NCBI GenBank assembly: GCA_036785375.1
Contig: JAWMAR010000158.1
Coordinates: 1,612,001-1,676,000, forward strand
Length of the DNA: 64,000 nucleotides
Source of the DNA: Leucoraja ocellata
Taxonomy: Eukaryota
Direction of reading: 5' to 3'
A program made the position numbers and the translations under genes. Below the pieces are notes generated by a model. It did not search any database. It saw nothing but the letters and a program-made list of their open reading frames with translations, and was not told the origin of the DNA. Shown one piece after another: positions 39,260 to 48,251 of the stretch (within the stretch, counting starts at the first letter, position 1; the number at the start of each line of letters is the position of its first letter).

Positions 39260-39443
39260 TAAGAGGGAACTGCAGATGCTGGAGAATCGAAGGTTACACA
39301 AAAAAGCTGGAGAAACTCAGCGGGTGCAGGGTTACACAAAAAAAAGAAGGGTCTGAAGAAGGGTTTCGGCCCGAAACGTTGCCTATTTCCTTCGCTCCAT
39401 AGATGCTGCTGCACCCGCTGAGTTTCTCCAGCTTTTTTGTGTA
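39260..39443. mobile_element. Short fold-back Penelope-derived element in the ERV leader
   Basis: Flanked by ACCTTTACAAGATT at 39246-39259 and 39444-39457. Inverted arms GTTACACAAAAAAGCTGGAGAAACTCAGCGGGTGCAG and its reverse complement. Hammerhead core inside. Confidence 0.85.
39349..39384 (+). ncRNA. Minimal hammerhead ribozyme motif (Penelope type)
   Basis: CTGAAGA (39353-39359), then A, stem II GGGT-TTCG-GCCC, GAAA, CG and TT (NUH site). The short palindromic stem III is typical of Penelope-like-element hammerheads. Confidence 0.75.
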
Positions 39444-39983
39444 ACCTTTACAAGATTCCTCGTCCGTCACTTCAGGGAGGACTTGGATATCTTCACGCAG
39501 ACACCCCTCTCTGCTGGACACTGAGGGTTCAGCGCCTAGCCTATTCGCGCTGGCAGTTGTTGATGCCAATTTTTAGAGCGCACCTTTCCAATCTGCGCTC
39601 CCAGCAAAGTTAGATCAATATGTATGTCAGACCTGTGTTTCAATACCCCACCAATTGGATAACAAATCTAACCTTGGGCCATCCCTCACCCAATGAAGCG
39701 CGTCAGGCTCTCATTAAAGCAGCTGCAGTCTGCCAACTACAACCAAGTTTTGGGCCACTCCACAACCTGTTTTATGGGCCCCTAACCCAAAGGAATGCTA
39801 ACCACCCCCTGTACTTGCTAGACTCTGTTCTAATTATCTCGATTAGACCCTTTCCCAAGCACGCTCCGCTAACAAAGTGTCAAAAACCAATGCGAAAACC
39901 GCACAGTGGGCCCGATTTCTGCACTCGCAATCGAAACAGCTCAACACCCTTGATCGCAAACTTATGTTTGGGGGTCTGTTGAG

Positions 39984-40001
39984 ATCCCGGACGAGCCCCC
40001 A
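39984..40001 (-). promoter_or_regulatory. Primer-binding site complementary to the tRNA-Pro 3' end
   Basis: Minus strand reads TGGGGGCTCGTCCGGGAT, the 18-nt PBS used by MLV, 1 nt downstream of the LTR's terminal CA. Confidence 0.96.
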
Positions 40002-40002
40002 A

Positions 40003-41127
40003 TGTAAATTGTTCGTTCTAAGTTTCCCCCCAATCTAGTTTCAGTCAAAAATCACTGTGTCAAGCACTTGTAACTAAGTAAGTACATTTTATTTATATAG
40101 CACATTTAAATCAACTCACGTTGAAACCAAAGTGCTTTACATAGAAGAAATAATTAAGTTTCCGTACATCCATAGAAAAATTAAAAGAAAAGAAAAATGA
40201 CACAGCACATTATAGAATTCAATATAAACATCCCCCACAGCAGAATGATATTTTACACAGTGGGGAAAGGCATCAAAAAGTTTAGTCCTCTTCCTCTGTG
40301 ATCACCTGAGGTCGGGGCCTCTTTGTGGCCTCCGCAGCCAGTCCGATGTTTTCAGGTCCTCTTGCTGGGAAGATGGAACACTTCTAGTGTTCTAGCATCT
40401 AGTGAACACTCCTCAGTGGATTGGAATGTCTGGAGCAGCCGCTTCCTCTTGCGCTTGCACATCTAAACTTAATTTTGATAAAACACAATTACAGTTCAAC
40501 TACAATACCTAACCACCGCGGGTTCGATCCTCGTATCTGCCTGTTCAAGCTCTCTAGGCCTCGCTCAAACAGAGACACTCCAGAAGGTCACGCAGTCCCA
40601 AGTGCTCTCCCAGAAGATTGACACAGGACCTTGAGGAGCTGAACCAGATGGGAGTGGTCTCTTTACCATCCAATTACGATATCCATTAACCCCATACATG
40701 ACAAACATTTCCCTAACCCAATAATACAGTGGCTAATACATTGTATTCAAACAGTGTTTCTCAGAGGAAACGAACATCGCAACATTTACCCTGATATGCA
40801 AGAAAACCAGACAAGGCTCAATACATCATCCAATCAACATTCAGTGAAGTAAAACTTTGCAAAATTATTTACAATTATTTGCAAAGTGTATGTCTGGTTT
40901 GCAGTCATCCAATCCATTCTGTGCATTTTGCACCTAATCGTCAGGGTCTGCAGATGTTCCCATTCTCTTCCTGCAGCTCAGATCCAGGCTCCAGCCAAGC
41001 TGACACCATTCTGCAGCTTGTCACATTTCTACAGAGAGCACTTTCAAATTGACCAAATGGCCTAGCAGCCCTGAAGCCTTTACTCAATTTCAGCATCCTG
41101 GCCTCCCCAATTTGATCAGGATTAACA
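40003..41127 (-). repeat. 5' LTR of the ERV, interrupted by an insertion at 40071-40450
   Basis: Matches 32786-33535 once the insert is removed. It lacks the roughly 30-bp segment that holds the TATA box. Confidence 0.93.
40071..40450 (-). mobile_element. L2-tailed retroposon inserted in the 5' LTR
   Basis: Absent from the other LTR. Flanked by GCACTTG / GCGCTTG (TSD with one mismatch). Carries the same tail type as 35360-35477 in reverse orientation. Confidence 0.82.
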
Positions 41128-41819
41128 CGTACAAATCACAAATTCATGTTTTAATTATGCTTTAGAATATATTTAATCTATGGATGTTGCAAAAACTCAC
41201 AAACGATTATTTGCAAAAAATTGTACCATCTTAAATAATTATGTTTTAGGTTCTTGATAGTCAAATTCATATCCTGTTAGAGGTAATTAATTTCCACCAT
41301 CTGAAGCGCCTGTGATGGGAAAGTGAACATCAGCTAATAAACTGTGATACAAAGTTTTCATATTTTGAAGGTTTTGGGGCAATGTCATAATTCTCCAATG
41401 CAATCATCTGTACATTAGTAGCATTACATTAAAGTCGTGTTCCATGGTTTCATGATTTATAAAATAAAGGCTTTACCAGGGTCAAATGTCTCATTAACAC
41501 TGGAAAAGACCCTATGTGCACACATTGAAATTATGATTAAAATTATGATTCCTGAAGACGATATAAAATATATGTATTATTGGGCTATGCTTTCTCACCC
41601 CTATTGCAAAAGTACTCTCAGAAAAGCCTGAGCAATTATTTTAGTGCAATCTTTTTTTTAAGGAAAAGCTATAATTTATTACCTATGGATTAACAAAGCT
41701 CTTAATGTTTTGAATAAAGAAACAACTTTGATGCTTCAAAATAAGTGTTTTACACCATAATTTTCTTCTGATTGAAAAGCAATTCCAAAAGGATCATCTA
41801 ACTTTGCTGATTAAAAGAT

Positions 41820-42425
41820 CGGGTGGCGCATCGATGGCAGCCTCGCCTACAGTCTGCCTGTCCTTTTCGGCTTATATTGTGATTTTTAATGTGTTTAAAA
41901 AGTATGTGTTAATGTCCTCTGGTTTGTTTTATGTGGGGGGTGGGCGAAGCGGTCAGGGGAACTTTTCAATCTCTTACCTTGCCGGAGATGCAATTGTTTT
42001 CCGGATTGTATCTCCGGTCGCTCTGCGGCTTAACATCGTGGAGCTGGAGGCCTTGCTCAGGACCGACTTACCATCGGATCCGATTCCTTGCCAGGGATCG
42101 ATGCTCCAACGCGGCCTGTGGACTTTATCATCAAGGAGCTCGCAGTCTCGGGTTGAGACCGACGTCAGGAAGCTCCTAAAGCTGCATGACATTTGACTAT
42201 GTGGATGAGGAGGCACATTGCCGACTATGGGAGTAAGATCGTCCCGTGAACGGGAGGATAGAGACCCCCAACTGCTGGAGTACAAAGAAGGAAGAGATTT
42301 AACTTTTATTCGCCTTCCATCACAGTGAGGAATGTGGAGGAGTCACTGAGGTGGATGTTTATGGTAAAATGTATTTTGTGTGTTCTGTTGCTTTTTATTG
42401 GTGTGACTATATGGCAAATCAATTC
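41820..42425 (+). mobile_element. Non-autonomous retroposon, same family as 45566-46380
   Basis: Head GGCAGCCTCG.C.ACAGT.TG.CTG, TTTTATGTGGGGG, TCTTACCTTG.CGGAGATGC, and the CATCACAGTGAGGAATGTGGAGGAGTCACTG block. Confidence 0.7.
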
Positions 42426-42429
42426 AACA

Positions 42430-42987
42430 GGGGGGGTGTGGGTGAGGGGTGGTGTGGGGAAAGCGGGGGGTGTGGAAAAAGGGGGGGTGGGGGAAGCGGG
42501 GGTTTGGGGAGGGGAAGTGGGGGTGTGGGGAGGGGGGCTCGCACTCTGCTCACCCCGCACCTTCAGCTTTCGGCCTCACGTACAGATCCCAGTCCCACTC
42601 CGGCTTCAGTCAGAGGCTTCCGGTTCAATCTAGCAGGTTCTGGCTGGTCGTCACAGAAGCAGCCCGTGACCTGCTGATTCTCGGTGAGCAGCTGACTCCC
42701 CGCAAGCAGCTGATTCTCCACAAGCTGCTCAACACACTGCGCCCCTTCAGCTTTTTATTCTCCTCTCCGCGTTATTGACAGCGAGTTCCGGGAGGGGCAG
42801 TTTTTACAATTTTTAAACCTTCATAACTTTTGTACTATTTCACCAATCGGAACAAAACATATTTGACTTGCAGCAGAGGAGTATTGTGAGTAAGGTGGCG
42901 AAAAACCGTAGAGCTATGAGGGATAGTTTTTGTGCAAATTAAATTACAACGCAGTGGTCAAGATGAGAGTTTTAGTAATAGTATAGA
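42430..42987 (-). mobile_element. 5' part of a Helitron-like element
   Basis: Minus strand starts A|TCTATACTATTACTAAAACTCTCATCTTG (5' TC after A). Homologous to 48090-48251 and 17420-17510. Confidence 0.62.
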
Positions 42988-43189
42988 TAGATGGGAAATG
43001 AGATTGAGATGCAATTTAACCCACATCTAAATTGAATGATGGAATATGCCAGATGCACTGAATGGACTACTTCTAGTTCCTAACGTTCCAATATCACCAG
43101 TCTATATCACTAGTGACCTTAACCTGCAAAGCCCTGTAGGTAGTTAAGGAACCTGCTTAAAGCAGGGAGTAGGATTTGCATTTTTTGAG

Positions 43190-43650
43190 CATTTTTCATG
43201 AAGCACAACATTCCAAAGCACACAACAGCCAAATGGCATATTTCTGCGGTGTAGGCGTAGTTGTAATGAAAGACGTTGCATCTACTTTGCATACAGAAAG
43301 CTCCCACAAATTGTATAGGTTGATGATCAGGTAATTGCCTTTTAATCAGTATTGATATGTATCTCTTAATCAATATTGATTAAAAAACAATTACGTGATC
43401 ATTAACCTATACAATTATTTATAATAGCCTCGACATCAGGGATAACCAGAACACTTCTTCCTTCACCCAGGTCTTCTTTGCAACAGAGCTTTCAGGCTCC
43501 TGAGATAGCAAAAGGTGCATAGATCCAAAGGTTCATCTGAATAATGCCAGCCCAGAAAATTCAGCACTCCCTCAGTACCTCATTGGAATGTCTGCTCAGA
43601 TATTTGTGCTCAAGTCTTTATCAGGGATCTGTACCTATGTTGAGAAATGA
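43190..43650 (-). mobile_element. Ancient Deu-domain SINE (SacSINE1/AmnSINE1-like)
   Basis: CAGCACTCCCTCAGTAC...GGAATGTC...AGATATTTGTGCTCAAGTC and CAGCCAA...GTGTAG...GTTGTAATG...GCTCCCACAAA match the recalled consensus. Confidence 0.68.
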
Positions 43651-43744
43651 AAACTCTGCCAATTATTTTACACCAGGCTGCAGAAGAAACAATGATATTA
43701 AATAAAGGTGCCTTTGTCTTAAAAGACAATGAGGTAGTCTGAAG

Positions 43745-45500
43745 ATACACACAAAAAGCTGGAGTAACTCAGCGGTCAGGCAGCATCCCTGGAGAGAAGA
43801 AATGGGTGACGTTCGGGTCGAGACCCTTCTTCAGACTGGTTAGGAATAAGGGAAACAAGAGATAGACGGTGATGTGGAGAGATAAAGAACAATGAATGAA
43901 AGATACAGTATGCAAAAAAGTAATGATTATAAAGGAAACAGACCATTGTAAGTTATTTGTAGGGTGAAAATGAGAAGCAAGTACGACTTGGGAGGGATAG
44001 AGAAAGAGGAAATGTCGGGGCTACCTGAAGTGAGAGAAATCAATATATCATACCACTGGGCTGCAAACAGCCCTAGCGAAATATGAGATGCTGTTCCTCC
44101 AATTTGCATTTAGCTTCACTCTGCCAATGGAGGAGACCGTGGAGAGAAAGGTTTGTGTAGGAATGGGAAGGAGAACTAAAGTGTCCAGCAACCGGGAGAT
44201 CAGGTTGGTTCACGCGGGCTGAGCGAAGGTGTTCCGTGGAACGATCACCCAGTCTGCGTGTGGTCTCACCAATGTATAAGAGTCGACATCTTGAACAAAG
44301 GATACAGTAGATGAGGTTGGAGGAGGACGTTGCATGTGAACCTCTGCCTAACCTTAAAGGACTGTCGGGTTCCCTGGACAGAGTTATTGCATCTTCTGCG
44401 GTTGCAGGGGAAGGTATCTGGGGAGGGGATGGTTTGGGTGGGAAGGGATGAGTTAACCAGGGAGTTGTGGAGGGAACGGTCTCCGGAGGGAGCGGAAGAC
44501 AGAAAGGGGTGGAGATGGGAAGATGGGACTAGTGGTGGGATCCCGTTGGAAATTTCGGAGGATTATGTGTTATATGCAACGGCAGATGGGGTGGAAGGTA
44601 AGGACTAGGGGGACTCTATCTTCGTTGTGACCAGGGGAAGGAGGTTTGTAATAGACATCAGTCAATAGTCTGTTTCCTGTGATGGAGACTGAGATCAAGA
44701 AAGGGGAGGGAGGTGTCAGAGGTGGATCAAGTAAATTTGAGTGCAGGATGAAAATTGGTGGTGAAGTTGATGAAGTCCACAAGTTCTGCATGGGTGCAGG
44801 AGGTAGCATCGTAGCAGTCATCAATATAACGGAGATAGAGTTCGAGTATAGGGCCAATGTACGCCTAGAACAGGGATTGTTCAAAGTACCCTATAAAGAG
44901 GCAGGCATAGCTGGACCCCATGCAGGTGCCCATAACTACGCCTTGGACATGGAGGAAGTGGGAGGAGTCAAAGGAGAAGTTGTTGAGGGTGGGACCAGCT
45001 CCGCTAAGCACAGTAGACTGTTAGTAAAGGGGAATTGGATGGTTCTGCGGTTCAAGGAAGAATCAAAGGGCTCCTGGTGGAGGATGGAGGTGTAGAGTGA
45101 CTGAACATCCATAGTAAAGATGAGGGAGTGGGGGCTCGGAATGCGGAAGTCATTAAAGAGATAGGATGGAGTTGAGGTACGTGGAAATCATTTCCAAGGG
45201 ACAGTAGCAGGAACAAACAATGAGTCAGCCAGGGCAGTTGTGTTTGTGGATTTTGGGGAGAAGGTAAAATCGGGCTGTGCGGGGCTGGGAAATGATAAGG
45301 TTAGAGGCTGTGGGAGGTAGACAGCCAGAAGTGATGAAATCCAGTGATGGTGCTTGAGATTAAGGCCTGTTGCTCATTTGTGGGATCATGGTCCAAGGAT
45401 AAGTAGGAGGAGGAGTCTGAGAGTTGTCACCTGGCCTCAGCCCTGTATGAGACGAGAGAAGGGGTCATCACTGGGTGGTGACGACTCCTTCCCATAGTAA
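43745..45500 (-). mobile_element. Decayed Penelope-like element (RT + GIY-YIG endonuclease + pseudo-LTR)
   Basis: Minus translations QGVVMGTCMGSSYACLFIGYFEQ (about 44870-44945), TDVYYKP, DRVPLVLTFHP, and SNLIYCILCSRCRLLYIGET (about 44265-44325). Degenerate hammerhead at about 43805-43835. Confidence 0.88.
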
Positions 45501-45565
45501 AAGGCACAGAGGCGGTGGCGACGGAAGAATAGCTCTACGTCATTTCTTCTATTTGCAGTCTGAAT

Positions 45566-46380
45566 TGATCAATCACAATCACAATAATATTTTATTAGCC
45601 AAGTATGTTTCGCGACATACGTAGAATTTAATTTGCCAAGTCAGTCATCCAAATAAAAAGCAACAACACACAAAATACATATTTTTTTAAATAATATTTT
45701 TATTAGAAGCAAGTACAGATCCATCACCATCCATAAAAATAAAAAATAAAACATTTTAACATAAACATCCACCACAGTGACTCCTCCACATTCCTCACTG
45801 TCATGGAAGGGGGAAAAAATTCAATCTCTCCCATGGTCGGGGGCCTCGAGCCCTCCGTTGATGGGACGATCTTGACTCCCGTAGCTGGCGTCGCTTGGGC
45901 CCTCTGCATTGGGGGGGGATCAGCTCCTACATCGGGGGGGATGTCAGCTCCCCCACGCGGATGATCGAAACCGCGTCGGGGCCGGTCGAACCTCTGCGTC
46001 ATTGGAGCTTCCCGACTAGCCTCTCCCGACACTGAGCTCGCACTGGTAAAATCCTTTGGCCGCGGTTGGAGCAATCCCAGGCAATGGATCGACTCCGATG
46101 TTCAGTTCATGCCCCGCGGTGGGGCTCAAGGTCATTCAGAGGAGGCCTCCAGCTCCATTGATGGTAGGCTGCAGAGCAACCGGAGATGCGACCCGGAAAA
46201 AAAGTGCATCTCCGTCAAGGTAAGAAACTGAAGAAAAGTTTCCCCTGACCCACACCCCTTCCCCCACATAAAACAAACCCGAGAACATTTACACAGACTT
46301 TTAAATCGCACTAAAAAAATTTAACCAACATAAAACAGACAAACTGTTGTCGAGGCTGCCAATCATGCGGTGCCCCTGGT
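45566..46380 (-). mobile_element. Non-autonomous retroposon, inverted copy
   Basis: Reverse-complement match to 41820-42425, with AATAAA and an (ATTGTG)n tail. Confidence 0.7.
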
Positions 46381-46770
46381 GAATGCATTAAATGGGAGGT
46401 TACCATCAGTATCATAAAAATATTAAAATTACAGAAAGATGATTAATGTTAAATTATATATATATTTTTTTTTAATTCTTCTTCTTATCAAGTCCACACA
46501 CAAGATTAGAAGTTGTTCAGCCAGAACTGAACACACTTCTCGGCATCTGGAGACAATGGTGTCTGTCTAGCGCTTCTTGTGCTTCTTGTGCCTGGTGGTG
46601 GAAAGATTGGTGAAAACAGGGCCACAATGTGAACAATCTTTCCTTTTTAAAACAGCTTAAGCAGCTGACAGGGCCATGATCTGCCATAAACACCAACAGC
46701 AATGAATAATATGTATCAGTCTACATTTGTCTACAAAAAAAGCACTGTCTCAGTTTGTGTATTATATGCT

Positions 46771-48251
46771 ATAGACTAAGTGGGACCCGTTGGGTCCCAT
46801 GCTCACACGGGAGGGCTGGTCTCCCAACGCAATATTCCACCTCTCCGCCAATTCCAATATTGATGGCTAATGGGGGGGGGGGGGGGGGGGGGGCTTTCTG
46901 GAGCGAAATAATTGGTGTTGTGGGCTGAAGGGACTGGTTTCCAGAGGGCCAGTATGGACATTGTGGTCCGAATGGATTCTTGGACTCGCAGCTCAGTCAC
47001 TCAGGGCTGGTGGGCTGGCAGCTCAGTCAGTCACTCAGGGCTGGTGGTTCACTCAGGCACTCAGGGCTGGCAGTTCACTCAGTGCTGGCAGTTCACTCAC
47101 TCAGGGCTGGCCACAGTGCAGACTCAGTTCACTCACAGCGCAGACTCAGTTCACTCACGGCGCAGACAGGCTAACAGTTCAGTTCACTCACAGCGTAGAC
47201 TCACAGTTCTGGACTCAACTCTCACTCATGGTCTTCCAGGCTGATTGATTCATGTCCGGCCTCCGGGGCTTTATACTCCTGGCCCCCGGAAGGGGCGTTA
47301 CTGTAATTATGCTCCTAGAGCTAAGCTACCATTCTAGTTCAATAAAACACTAAGTCAAGCACTGGACCACTAAACCTTTATTTTATGAAACAATAACGAA
47401 TTCCCTATACTATACCTAACCAAACCAGCCCTTCAGCCTTGTGCAAGCAGATACCTCCAAAAGGTTACGCAGTCCCAAGCGCTACTCCAGCAGATCAACA
47501 ACGAACCTCGTGGGGATTACCTTTTATAGGTCATCGAACCCTGTGGGGCAGGACTACATGGGGGTGGTGGCCCCTACGAACCAATCACAGATATCCATTA
47601 CTTTAAAGTGTTATTGACAATTCCCCAACCCAATTACAAAGCACCCCCATTAGAATGTTTCTACAGAAGCTTCTGGAAGGAAGTCAATTAATCAAATAAT
47701 GCAAAATTCTCCTGGGAGTATAAACAATTCAAACAAAGCTTCACACTTCAGCCAATCAACAAACAGTAACACAAACATCTTGCAACATTATTAACAGTAT
47801 TTACAACCCATTCGGCGGCCAGCTGCTAATGCACCTGCAACACATTTGAGCTCTTCTACAGAGTCCTCATACATTTTAACAATAGAGAGGACATCTGGAT
47901 CTTTCCTTATCCTGCATATCAATCTCGGGTCCAAACTAACTGGTGCCAATCCACAGCCTGCAGCTTTTCACAGACAGAGGCCCGGCAGGTATTGCAGATG
48001 CAAAGGTCCTCCATTTTTTATATCTCTATTTTGGCCAATCTTAACATTTCCTTCATTATGGTGAGTGACAGGTGAGAAGACCAATCTGCTGATCTCACAA
48101 CTTTTTAAACCTTAATAACTTTTCTAATATTTCACCGATCGGAACAAAACTTGGGGCCCACAATGCAGAGGAGAACGGTGATATAGGGTAGCGTTTTGGC
48201 GCAAATTTAATTACAACGCAGTAGTCAAGGTGAGACTTTTAGTAATAATAT
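46771..48251 (-). mobile_element. Non-autonomous Helitron-like element, interrupted by the solo LTR
   Basis: The 3' end has a perfect hairpin TGGGACCC-AAC-GGGTCCCA (46781-46799) followed by CTTAGTCTAT (CTAG-like). The 5' part (48090-48251) matches 42805-42987. Internal CACTCAGGGCTGG minisatellite at about 46990-47230. Confidence 0.68.
47302..48046 (-). mobile_element. Solo LTR related to, but clearly diverged from, the ERV LTR
   Basis: TGTAA...TTAACA ends. Shared blocks AGTCAAGCACT, TACCTAACCA, GGT(T/C)ACGCAGTCCCAAG, ACCTCGTGG, TTTATAGG and CCAATCAACA. Flanks TTAC / TTTC. Inserted in a Helitron-like element. Confidence 0.82.

Larger units (their letters stand above)
32786..41127 (-). mobile_element. 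Defective endogenous retrovirus (class I, gamma/epsilon-like): LTR-PBS-leader-gag-degenerate pol-PPT-LTR, no env
   Basis: Long direct repeats at 32786-33535 and 40003-41127 with TG...CA ends on the minus strand (TGTTAAT...TTTACA). tRNA-Pro PBS next to the 5' LTR and PPT next to the 3' LTR. Flanks CTTA (32782-32785) and CGTA (41128-41131) fit a 4-bp TSD with one mismatch. Gag motifs lie inside. Confidence 0.93.
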
